Program-made: the position numbers and the translations under genes | Origin: a virus | Lineage: Duplodnaviria; Caudoviricetes | Virus record (IMG/VR): IMGVR_UViG_3300012347_000028 | Location: 1-42,027 of that record | Reading direction: 5' to 3' (one strand) | Length of the DNA: 42,027 nt | Part shown: positions 9,501-18,700 of the stretch, one piece after another | Layout: every line of letters begins with the position of its first letter | Position numbering within the stretch: the stretch's first letter is position 1 | The notes under the pieces: generated by a model | What the model saw: the letters and a program-made list of their open reading frames with translations, nothing else | Database searches by the model: none | What the model was told of the DNA's origin: nothing

Positions 9501-12500
9501 TAGAGGGGTAGACTGGACAAAGTTCCACGAGATTCACTCAGCTGTAGGTATGAACCCTAAGCAGTCTAAGAACGTAAAGAAGTATAACTCTGGTGTAGTC
9601 AGTGTGCCAGGAAGCGGTAACAAGGATACCATTCCTGCTATGCTTACTCCAGGCGAGGCAGTAATCCCAAAGAAGTATGCAAAGAAGTATGCTCCACTAA
9701 TCAATGCAATGGTAGATGGAAAGATTCCTGGATTCAACGGTGGACTAAAGGCAACACTACAGCGTTCACACCTACAAGAAGACCTCGACCTAGAAGATCC
9801 AAAGGTAAGAAAGATGCTTGCCGAACTAGGGTACGATTTTGGCTCTATGCCAAAGGATGTCAGAGACAACATGAAGCTGACAGGATCTCTAGTAGCTGAT
9901 CTTCCAGATAGACTAAACCAAAAGCTAAGAGAGAGCGGTTCTGGAGTATCGCCAGATGACTTCCTTAGATCTTGGAATGCAGTAGAGGATAAGCTAGCTC
10001 AAACTGCAATGCTAGGTGGAGTCGATATGTCTTCACGAGAAAACAAAGATTTGCTTGCTCAGCTAGAGCGTGAGATTGGTCAAGAAGTAGCAAAGACTGC
10101 TAGAAAAGAAAAGTCTCCAATTAAAGACAAGCTAGTAGCAAGAGTTACTAGAGAAGTTCTTGAAAGAAGAATTAACGCTGGGGGTCCTCTTGCAAGTCTA
10201 GCATCTGCAATAGACTCAAGACGTTTTGTGCCTGGCGACCTAAGAAGCAAGTATACTCACGCTGAAATAGACGCAGAGCTGAAGTCAGGTTCTGGCAAGT
10301 TTACTAGAGTAGGATCACAGGTTGTAGAGACTAAGTCTGGTATTACAATTGGTGGCTACCGTGCAAGAACTGGCAAGTTCAAGCAAAAGACTATGGGTGT
10401 CGCAGGTTCTGGTGGATACTTCGGTAAGGCAAAGCTCGGCAGGGTAACTGACAGAGACGAAGCCTTCATGACCTATCTAGACGACAGTCAAAGCGCAAAG
10501 TCTGCAAAAGCAACCAAGACCAGAGCATCTGACAAGGCTGCTCAAGATACCGTAGCTAGATCACTAAATAGAAGTTCTAAGTCACGCTCTCCATCAAAGA
10601 AGATGAAGCAGGCAACAGACAACATTGTTGACGGTGTTGAAGAAGGTCTTGAGGACGGTAAGAAGGCTGTAAAGGCTGCAGCTACACGTCTTGGAGAGAC
10701 TGCTGCACAGTCGTTTGAAGATGGCGGTACCAAGAGAGTTAAGCTAACTCAGTCTGGTAGATACATGAATAGAGATACTGGAAAGTTTATCTCTAAAGAA
10801 GAAGCCAAGAAGCTTATGGGCATGGACCTAAAGAATGCACGTGCAAGAGAGAGAGCAGCTGAACGTAAGGCTACTCCTACTGTAAAGATTGTTAAGCGTA
10901 AGCCAAGAGTCGCATCTGGCACACCTGAAGACGAAGATGCTAAAAAGCGTGGATATAGACCAAGCAAGGTTGGAATGCTTGGAAGCTCATTGGGCATGGG
11001 AGCCTCAATGGCTGGTGGCGCAATGGGCAATGAAGCACTTATGAATGCTGGAAACGTTGCATTCCTAGTCAGTGCCCTCGCTGATGTCGCAATGCTTTTC
11101 AAGGGCACAAAGGTTATCGACAATGTTAAAAACTTTGGTAGTGTCGTAAAGACTGCTTTTGGTGGTGCTAAGGCAGCCAGAGGAGCAGGAGCTGTTGGAA
11201 AGTCTGCAATCGCAGCTGGAAGGGCAGCAGCTGCTCAAGCTGGAACAAAGGCAGCTACAGGAATTGCCACAAGAGTCGGAGCTGGTTTAGCAGCACGTCT
11301 CGGTGCTAGCACCTTGGGTGGACCTGCAGCACCTGCATTAGCAGTTGGAGCAGTTGTTCTAACTGGAATCCAGTTGGGCGTAGAGCTATTTAACGAGAAG
11401 GTAAGAACAACCGCTGAAGAGTTGAGAGTCTTTGGCGACCACATGACTACAACTGGAAAAGAGATGGAATCTTTTGCAGTAGCAACAGGGCAGGCTACCC
11501 CAGATGCAATTATGGATCGTAAGAATGCCAAAAAGTTTTCTGCAATTAACTATGCAGCAGGAAAGACCCCATTCGGAGAGTCGTTCCTACAGTCAGAGGC
11601 TGGGTCTGCAATGCTTACTAAGACAGCAGAGCTAGCAGCAACAGACCGCAAGGCAGCAATCGAAGCGGTAGGAAAAGACCTAGCATATGCAGTTGTATCT
11701 GGACTAATGACACAAGAGCAGGCTAACTCAGTCGCTACTGCTCTAGGCAAGCAAATGGATGACTACACAATTAGCGTATCTCTAATTGGAAAGCTTCAAG
11801 AGGTAGTCGGGTTTGATGGATACGATGTTACCAAGAACCCTATTGACATTCCAGTAAACCTAATGATTACCTCGAATGGAAAGGCTCTGACAGATGTTGC
11901 TGGTCCGCTAAAAGACCTTATCAACACAGAGACAGGATTCTTTGACGGCGTGGATGCATGGGCTGACGTTCAGGCAAACGAAAAGGATGCAGCAGTTGCT
12001 GCTTCAGAGCTAGTCAATGGTGCTCAGCTAGTTCTAGATCTTCTAGACTCTGAGTATCTTCCAAAAATTGAAGAGCTAAACAAGAAGGGCAAGTTCGCAG
12101 AAGCAGACCAGCTAAGCTCAGAATACCTTAGCAAGCGAGGCGTTGCTCTAAAAGAATATAACTCTCAGTACGGATCATTCCTAAAGTCAGTACAAAAGAT
12201 GGAAGGCTTCAAGACAGCAATCGATTACGACATAAACGGAAAGCAAATTGCGGTTGCTTCTAGAGATGGAAAGAAGCAGCAGAACGTCGAAGGAATTGTT
12301 GAAAATATTCAGCAGAACATCAACACAGAATTCACTGGCGATGAGAATGCCCCAATGAGAAAGTTTGCTGAAAAGATTGCAGACGATGGACAAATTTCTG
12401 GTGCAGCTAAGATTTCATTTATGCTTAATGCAAAAGCAGGAAACATAGACCCAGAAAAAGGTCTCAAGCTATTCGAGAAGGGCGCAATCTTTGACCCAAA

Positions 12501-15027
12501 TAGCCCAGAGGGACAGAGAAACCAAAGCGCATATGTTACTATTTTCACTGAGCTTGGAGGTAGAGATGCTGCACAGTTTAGCGGTATTCTGGAAAATCTT
12601 GCTGCTGAAGGTGTTACCTCTGCAACCTTCATTGCTCAGGTACAGGCAAAGGGTAAGCCAGAAGACAAGAGAGACATTCTTAACCTATACAGTCTAATTG
12701 ACCAGTACGGTGGCGTTATCAATGCGGAGGCAACCTACAACTTCTTGGCAACAGGCGACAACCTAGAGGATACACTATCCAAGATCGATAAACTACAAAA
12801 GCTAGCAGACACTGGAAAACTTGACATTAAGTCAGTTCTAGAGCAGGAAATTATTACAGACCCTAATGACATAGCTGCATTTAAGGGCAACCAGGAATAC
12901 TTCGATAGCCTAGACCCAGTAAATAAGGTTCTATACCTACAGACATTCATGACAGTCCAGTATGACACATCCCAGGTTGACGCATACATTAAGGAAAATA
13001 CCAAGAATGGAACATACACAGATAAGTCTACTGGTAAAAAGATTAATTTTGCACAAGCTGGAAGAAACTCTATGGGTGCCGTTAGAGCACTTGCTGAATC
13101 ATCAATGGCACAGCGTGATGCAGAGCTTGTTACTGAAACAAATAAGCTAAACAATAAGAATAACAATAATAACAATAACAACACAGATGGCAGTGGTGGT
13201 CCAGACTCATCTTGGCTAGATGACTACGTCAGACGTGCAAAGAATGCCTTCAAGTGGACCCAGCAGCTGACCACTGGATTCAAAGCTTCTGCAGATGCCT
13301 TGAAGAAGTTTAAGGCTGCATCTGGTGGTGTCGGTCTTGAGCAGTATCTAAGAGAGAACTTGCAGTCAGTTGGTCTTTCTCCAGAAATGGTAGATATTAT
13401 ATCTAACCTGAGTGGCGACGAGCAAAAAGAATTTGTTAAGAGATACTTCAAGGGCGGTCAGATGTCCAAGGGTCTCAACAAAGATGGAGAGAGCCTAGTA
13501 GCATTTGATAGAAAGCTAGCTATTGAAGAGACTACAGATGCCTATGCAAAAGAAGCAAAGAATGCTCAGCAGGCTGCCAAGGCTAGAGACATGCTTATTG
13601 CAAAGGGATTCTCGGAGGCAGATGCTACAGAGCTAGCAGCCGATTCTCAAATTGCCTGGGCATTGACAAGTGCAAAGACCACAGAAGAGATCGACAAGCA
13701 GATTGCTAAGATTAAGGGACACATCAAGACTATCCAAGAGTCTAAGACTGTCAACCAACAGTTTGCTGAAATGTTCGATGAAGCAATGGGAATTATTGGC
13801 GACCGAAGAGAAGCAATTGAGATTAAGTTCGAAGCTGACACAAAGGCTCTAGAGGACGGAATTCGCAAGGCACAGGACCAGATCGACATCATTGTCAATG
13901 AGCCTGGAGGTATTGATGATCTTCAGTATGGTCTAGACCAAATTGGTTGGCAAGAAGATGAAATCAACAAGAAGTACGACAAGCGTCTAGATGCCCTAGA
14001 TAAGGTTGAGCAAGCCAGAAAGCGTGCTGTCCAGGCACAGCAAGCAGAGTTCGACCTAGCAAGAGCTATGGCTTCTGGAGACTCTTCGTCAGCAGCCTCT
14101 GCTATCCAAAAGTTTAGAGCAGACAAGGCTTCCTCTGCAGCAGATAACCGCAGAAGAATGCTTGAGCAGGCTCGTGACACAGAGATTAAGAATATTTCTG
14201 TACAGGTTAATGGAGTAAAGCTAACTCGTGACCAAATCGAGCAAAGCATCCTTGATAAGACAAAGCAGATTGCAAAGATTGAGGAAGACTCAATTGAGCC
14301 AGCACGCTACAAGATTCAGCTTATGGAGGATGCTAGAGACGATATCCTATCTACTCTTGCAGACCAAGAAATAAAGTGGAAGCTTCTAGACGCTCAAATT
14401 AAGAATGCAGCTTACAATGCTTGGGATTATGCCAAGGCAATTGGCGAGGCGAATACTCTGCTAGGCAACACTACAGCTCCTGCATCTGCTCCAGCAAGCA
14501 CAGGCACTGACAACAAGGCAATTCAAGCCGAGATTAACGAGCTAAACAGACTAATTGGAATAACTCGTGAAAACGTAGCAAACGAAAAGGATGCAAAGAA
14601 AAAGGCTGCCCTTATAGAAATAAACGAGGGAAGAATCAGAAAGGTTAGAGAGCTAACCCTAAAGCTTAACAACAATGCCGCACCAGCTGCACCACTAAAG
14701 CTTTCTGGTGGCGTAAGCAGAACCCAGTATGCTGCAACAGGCGGTATGATCAAGTACTTTGCAAATGGCGGTAAGCCACTAGGTTCAGACATTGTTCCAG
14801 CTATGCTAACCCCTGGTGAGTTTGTAATGAGCAAGTATGCAGTATCAAGCTTTGGTGCAGATAACATGAAGGCTATCAATAACGGCTCGTACAAGAACGA
14901 TTCAGTGTATAATTATGAAGTAAACATTAATGTTAAGTCTGACACAAATGCAGACCAGATTGCAAGAACTGTTATGATGCAGATTCAGCAGATTGATGCA
15001 CAGCGAGTTAGAGGAGGAAGAATCTAG
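6550..15027 (+). CDS. Tape measure protein with internal kinase-like domain and repeats
   Basis: 2825 aa, Ala/Lys-rich and helical; TP901-type core (GINASEGANALKSGL); hydrophobic segments; position after tail chaperones. Confidence 0.92.
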   Translation: MTDINSNVRLDIDGSGALATLKELQRQISVFQSAMAKGNAANRTAASNLQKDLINNINATGQFAASMKDVRTGTEQFTTALEKNKLSLGEYFRYGMGSTKTFGRMFKTEMATVEKVARERVKTIQTQYIKLGRDANGAMKSIAVRPLALDMGNLATKTAIAAQKQQIFNQVLKQGSTNLLNFGKNTQWAGRQLMVGFTIPLTMFATTAGKAFMDMEKQIIRLRRVYGDFNTTVQQTDAMVESVRNLANEFTKYGVAVEKTMGLAADAAAMGKQGADLTAQVTEATRLAVLGGVEQAQALETTISLTNAFGTAADKLAGKINFLNSVENQTVTSIEDLTIAIPKAGPVVQQLGGDVEDLAFFLTAMREGGINASEGANALKSGLASLINPTAKASEFLQGFGINIKSIVESNKGDISGLVVDFASALDTLDPLNRARAIEQLFGKFQFSRLSTLFQNVIKDGTQASQVLKLTRNSTEELAIVAERELKKLADSPLTKFQKSVEDLKASLIPLGEQFIKIATPIIEFATKALKEFSKLDEGAKGFVVAMTAGLGLIGPVAIMTFGLLANGVANIIKGFAAMRNVFLKLKGGTGALGESVSYLTQEQLEALSVSASLNAAHQKLRQTYTSEKNAVDNLTAAYVRATTAQAGFAVPATKRSRPTKKYASGVVSVPGPKGAGDIIPAMLAPGEAVIPAKMASKYSGLIQGMVAGSIPEFAKGFLGMPKSFKRVSKERENAKEIFDLFQQSKRFKDQAPENYMGQVKSSGGHSFPIFGLGGTYRKPDGSQVFVKPVMDEKAALAEVRATKIAREAHGLQSPEQRIVVMKDPTDRTGTRKFLALESPVDPKFATPTGKFTKKQYFQQLLASLVRGDKDLSADNVYGDVLPDVGTAGVFSRASGVRDYEPNMPSLEEQAKINLLAVKGGAKKAFAESTADMVRGMSAQEYSSAMRNEIEEVLPKLKASIKSMSLGPDELPYYEAMVKRLEDGRGVDWTKFHEIHSAVGMNPKQSKNVKKYNSGVVSVPGSGNKDTIPAMLTPGEAVIPKKYAKKYAPLINAMVDGKIPGFNGGLKATLQRSHLQEDLDLEDPKVRKMLAELGYDFGSMPKDVRDNMKLTGSLVADLPDRLNQKLRESGSGVSPDDFLRSWNAVEDKLAQTAMLGGVDMSSRENKDLLAQLEREIGQEVAKTARKEKSPIKDKLVARVTREVLERRINAGGPLASLASAIDSRRFVPGDLRSKYTHAEIDAELKSGSGKFTRVGSQVVETKSGITIGGYRARTGKFKQKTMGVAGSGGYFGKAKLGRVTDRDEAFMTYLDDSQSAKSAKATKTRASDKAAQDTVARSLNRSSKSRSPSKKMKQATDNIVDGVEEGLEDGKKAVKAAATRLGETAAQSFEDGGTKRVKLTQSGRYMNRDTGKFISKEEAKKLMGMDLKNARARERAAERKATPTVKIVKRKPRVASGTPEDEDAKKRGYRPSKVGMLGSSLGMGASMAGGAMGNEALMNAGNVAFLVSALADVAMLFKGTKVIDNVKNFGSVVKTAFGGAKAARGAGAVGKSAIAAGRAAAAQAGTKAATGIATRVGAGLAARLGASTLGGPAAPALAVGAVVLTGIQLGVELFNEKVRTTAEELRVFGDHMTTTGKEMESFAVATGQATPDAIMDRKNAKKFSAINYAAGKTPFGESFLQSEAGSAMLTKTAELAATDRKAAIEAVGKDLAYAVVSGLMTQEQANSVATALGKQMDDYTISVSLIGKLQEVVGFDGYDVTKNPIDIPVNLMITSNGKALTDVAGPLKDLINTETGFFDGVDAWADVQANEKDAAVAASELVNGAQLVLDLLDSEYLPKIEELNKKGKFAEADQLSSEYLSKRGVALKEYNSQYGSFLKSVQKMEGFKTAIDYDINGKQIAVASRDGKKQQNVEGIVENIQQNINTEFTGDENAPMRKFAEKIADDGQISGAAKISFMLNAKAGNIDPEKGLKLFEKGAIFDPNSPEGQRNQSAYVTIFTELGGRDAAQFSGILENLAAEGVTSATFIAQVQAKGKPEDKRDILNLYSLIDQYGGVINAEATYNFLATGDNLEDTLSKIDKLQKLADTGKLDIKSVLEQEIITDPNDIAAFKGNQEYFDSLDPVNKVLYLQTFMTVQYDTSQVDAYIKENTKNGTYTDKSTGKKINFAQAGRNSMGAVRALAESSMAQRDAELVTETNKLNNKNNNNNNNNTDGSGGPDSSWLDDYVRRAKNAFKWTQQLTTGFKASADALKKFKAASGGVGLEQYLRENLQSVGLSPEMVDIISNLSGDEQKEFVKRYFKGGQMSKGLNKDGESLVAFDRKLAIEETTDAYAKEAKNAQQAAKARDMLIAKGFSEADATELAADSQIAWALTSAKTTEEIDKQIAKIKGHIKTIQESKTVNQQFAEMFDEAMGIIGDRREAIEIKFEADTKALEDGIRKAQDQIDIIVNEPGGIDDLQYGLDQIGWQEDEINKKYDKRLDALDKVEQARKRAVQAQQAEFDLARAMASGDSSSAASAIQKFRADKASSAADNRRRMLEQARDTEIKNISVQVNGVKLTRDQIEQSILDKTKQIAKIEEDSIEPARYKIQLMEDARDDILSTLADQEIKWKLLDAQIKNAAYNAWDYAKAIGEANTLLGNTTAPASAPASTGTDNKAIQAEINELNRLIGITRENVANEKDAKKKAALIEINEGRIRKVRELTLKLNNNAAPAAPLKLSGGVSRTQYAATGGMIKYFANGGKPLGSDIVPAMLTPGEFVMSKYAVSSFGADNMKAINNGSYKNDSVYNYEVNINVKSDTNADQIARTVMMQIQQIDAQRVRGGRI
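8530..8700 (+). repeat. TMP internal repeat copy 1 (KKYASGVVSVPG..D.IPAML.PGEAVIP..KY..LI..MV.G.IP.F..G)
   Basis: Protein-level direct repeat with 9577-9744 and, more weakly, 14752-14886. Confidence 0.9.
8821..9540 (+). other. HipA/PI3K-like kinase domain within TMP
   Basis: Gly-rich GLGGTY, VFVK lysine, AEV glutamate, GDKDLSADN catalytic loop and DVG, in canonical order. Confidence 0.65.
9577..9744 (+). repeat. TMP internal repeat copy 2
   Basis: KKYNSGVVSVPGSGNKDTIPAMLTPGEAVIPKKYAKKYAPLINAMVDGKIPGFNGG. Confidence 0.9.
13141..13182 (+). repeat. AAT/AAC low-complexity tract encoding poly-Asn in TMP
   Basis: NKLNNKNNNNNNN. Confidence 0.85.
14752..14886 (+). repeat. TMP repeat copy 3 (C-terminal)
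   Basis: KYFANGGKPLGSDIVPAMLTPGEFVMSKYAV...AINNG. Confidence 0.8.
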
Positions 15028-15752
15028 TGGCAAACACACAAGCCTACATGGCAGGTCGTAAGAAGTACAGCAGACCACAGGCGATTCTCCTAGCAGACAA
15101 TTCTGGAACTATCGTATCTTACACAGATCCAACTACCAATCAAACAGCTAATTTCCACATACCACTGGGGTATGAGTACGGAAACGCTGCTGGAGAAGAT
15201 CCTACATTCATTATTCTTTCAGATGATAATAGATCTCCAATCAACTTCTCCAACACTAGACTAGAAAAGCGTGAGCGTATGATTAATGGTCGTATGCGTT
15301 CATATCACATTGCTGACAAGCTAAACATTGATGTTTCTTGGAACTTGCTTCCGTCTAGAGCATTTACTACTAATCCAGAGTTCGGATCATCTGGAACTCC
15401 AACAGGGCTAGTCACGTCTACTGACCACGACAACAACCAGGCAACAGCCACAAAGACCGTGAAGCCATATGGCTCACCTTTCTATAAAGACCAGCAATAT
15501 ACCACCGATGGTGGTGCTGGCGGTGTTGATATTTTGGACTGGTATAGGAATCACCAGGGACCATTCTACGTTTACCTAGCCTATGATAACTATAAGAACT
15601 TTACTTCTGACGATCCATATGCTAACCTAGATAAATACAACGAAGTCATTGAAGTATACTTCTCTAGATTTGATTACACCGTAGAGCGTAGAGGAAGCGT
15701 TGGAACAGGTTATGACTTCTGGAACATAACCATGTCACTGGAAGAGGTTTAA
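15027..15752 (+). CDS. Distal tail / minor tail protein
   Basis: First gene after TMP, GTG start overlapping the TMP stop; ERMINGRMRSYH and WNITMSLEEV resemble Dit-like proteins. Confidence 0.65.
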   Translation: MANTQAYMAGRKKYSRPQAILLADNSGTIVSYTDPTTNQTANFHIPLGYEYGNAAGEDPTFIILSDDNRSPINFSNTRLEKRERMINGRMRSYHIADKLNIDVSWNLLPSRAFTTNPEFGSSGTPTGLVTSTDHDNNQATATKTVKPYGSPFYKDQQYTTDGGAGGVDILDWYRNHQGPFYVYLAYDNYKNFTSDDPYANLDKYNEVIEVYFSRFDYTVERRGSVGTGYDFWNITMSLEEV

Positions 15753-18700
15753 ATGTTCGTAGATGATCAACTAAAGAATCACTTAGAGACATCTTCAACA
15801 ATCAAAGGCAATAGCTTTATTGTTGCTGAATGGAATATGAACTTCTCCAACAACATTGACCTAGTTGGAAACTATAGATTTAGACCAGAGCTTGCATCTT
15901 CTAAATTCAAGTTCATCCCAAGTAACTACGACCCAAATGACGTTGGTGGCTTCTACACAGGGGCAACAGACGCAGACATAAGCATTGAGAATGGTGTAGA
16001 GGACGACGGAGAAACTCCAGCGGTATTCACCGAACGTAAGCTAAACGAAAAGCTACTATACTCACTAGAAGACTGCTTTGGAAGATTTAGACCACGCTCT
16101 GGCATCAATAAGCTAAGATACTTTGACACAGCATTTGTGCCAAACTCTGACCAAGACATGGCTACTAGACCACGTTACTACGCAGCACACAAAGACGACT
16201 CGTTTAAGTACTGGACTTCATACAGAACTACTGGTCAGAATGTAGCCATTGAGAAAGACCTACCATCGTCAACAGATACTTCTGCTGAGCGAGGTATCGC
16301 TAATAAGACTGTTAATGGAAAACATTATATCCAAGATGCAGCTCCTTTTGTTGTGTATAAGTCTGCAGTTCCAGCCAACCGTGTAGTTGTAAAGATGCAG
16401 ACACACGTTGGCACCACTGACCTAGGACTGATATCACTAGCTTCAGGAAGCGTAATCTCAGATCCATTTTCTGGCAGTGCGAACATGCAGGTTCCAACTA
16501 GGTGGAGAATCCAGGGACTAGACTCGTCTAACTCCTGGGTAGACCTAATGTCTTTCAATGAGGCTTCTACCAGATTGGATGGCTCTCCAGTTATAAAGGA
16601 AGATGGTTATGTAGAAATTGGCTATGGGCTAATCATTCCAGAAAAGTATAGAGAAATCTTTGTTTTTGCAGGCGAGTATAAGACTGCCTCAGAGTTGCCA
16701 GCAACGAGCCTACGTGGCTACACCTACAAGGTGTTTGACGGAACTACCGAGCAGTACTTCATTTGGGACGGAGACTCTTATGTAGAGATCTTCCCACAGT
16801 ATGGATGGCAAATAGTAGACGAGCCTTTAAGTGAAATTACAGGACTGGTCACCAAGCTTGTAAGCCCAGTACTAGTTGGATCTAATTTAGCAACAGCTCC
16901 GAACCAGCACTCAGAGTTCCAGTATCTCAACGGACTCAGGGTAGTCGTCGAGACTATGAACAAATATCGTTCAACCTTCGACCTGATCGAACTGTCACCA
17001 AGACTGACCGTAGACATTACAGAACTTACTAATGATATAACTATTAGCAAAGCAGCATCCGACCTAGGCGTAAGCGGTATGCCAGTAGGACAACTAATTG
17101 CATCTACAGGAACCATTAACCTATTTGACTTTGACCAAGCCTTTAACGAGCTTAACGAAGATAGCATAATTTCAAAGTTCAACACAAGAAACCTACAGGT
17201 AAAGGTCTATGAAAAGATCCGTGAGGTAGGGCAGACAGAGTCAGCAACTGGTCAGCAGATGTTTGCAAACTTCTATGTGCCAATTAAGACTCTATACGCA
17301 GAAGGATTCCCAACCATAGATGGAATGGATCGTTCTGTATCTATCCAGCTAAGAGACATGTTCCACTATTTTGAGAATAATGGTGCCCCAGAGCTATTCA
17401 TACAGAATGCATCTATGAGTTACGCTGTATCAATTCTTCTAGACTCAATTGGATTCTCTAACTATACATTTAAGAGAAACTCTGGGGAGGCAGACGACGT
17501 TATCCCATTCTTCTTCACAGGCACGGACATTTCTGTTGCCGAGGTTTTGAATGAGATCGCAGTAGCAACTCAGACTGCCATGTTCTTTGACGAGTACAAC
17601 AACTTCGTTATCATGAGCAAGGGCTACATCATGCCAACAGAAGCTCAGAGAGGTACTGACCTAGTTCTTCGTGGAAGCAACGACTTTGCAAAAGACGGTA
17701 TTGTCAAGAATGCAAAGACTAACGAACTTCTTGCAAACATCGTAGAGCTAGAAGAGCAAGACTCTAACGTCTTCAACGACGGAAGTATTCAGTACACTGC
17801 TAGAGCAATCGATAGACAGATCGGCAGTATCTTTGAGGCAGAGAACATTCAGGAAAGAACTAAGAGCCTAAGCTACAGGGTGTCAAACCTTTGGCAGGTA
17901 CCAGGGTCAGAGAGCGTTCGTAAGCTTGGAGATACCGATGGTGGATATACCCTAAGTGCAGTTCCACTAAACTCAGACCTATCTGCAAACGTTCCATCAG
18001 TGTCAAATGGTGTAATCCTTAACAATGTCTTAGACCTAGGCGAGGGTATTGATGCAGCTGGTCTTCCACAGTATTCTGGATACCTATATGCAAATGGTGA
18101 GATTATTAGATACGATGCCGTAGAATATTCTGTGCCAAGAGCAAGCCAGTATGGCGACAGCGTGTCAATAACTGCTGGCAACAACGTTTGGATTAGAGAT
18201 ACTCAGGAGTACGTAAATTACCTATCTAAACTACCACTAAACGCTAAGATGTATGCTACTGGTTTGGTTAGAATATACTCAGAGCCAAACTATCAGACTC
18301 AGGCAGATGGCTCAGAAAAGATTATCAGTATTGCCAAGCATGGTCGTGGTCAATTCGGTACGCCAGTGGTAGCACACAAGGCAGGGCTTGACCCATACTG
18401 GTCAGATAACGCCAACACCTATGGCTGCAAGATGGACTCATCACTGATCTTTGCACTGAAGGAGTCTGACGTAGCAAACATATCTGTCACCACAGGTGCA
18501 GCAGGTATTGAAACCACAAAGGCAAGACAGTCTACTAGAAATGGTATTATCAAGAACTACGCAGCCAAGTCAGACGTTAAAGAATCAGATGTAAATAAGT
18601 ACACCAAGCCAATGGCAGGTTCTGTACAGGCTTCTGCACTAGTCATTAATGGACCATCTTTCGAGGTAACAGACAAGCCAGTAGACCACATTACCTATAT

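Noticed and set aside
14905-14913. TATAAT near the TMP 3' end as internal promoter
   Set aside because: Lacks a correctly spaced TG extension or -35 box; explainable by the coding sequence VYNY.
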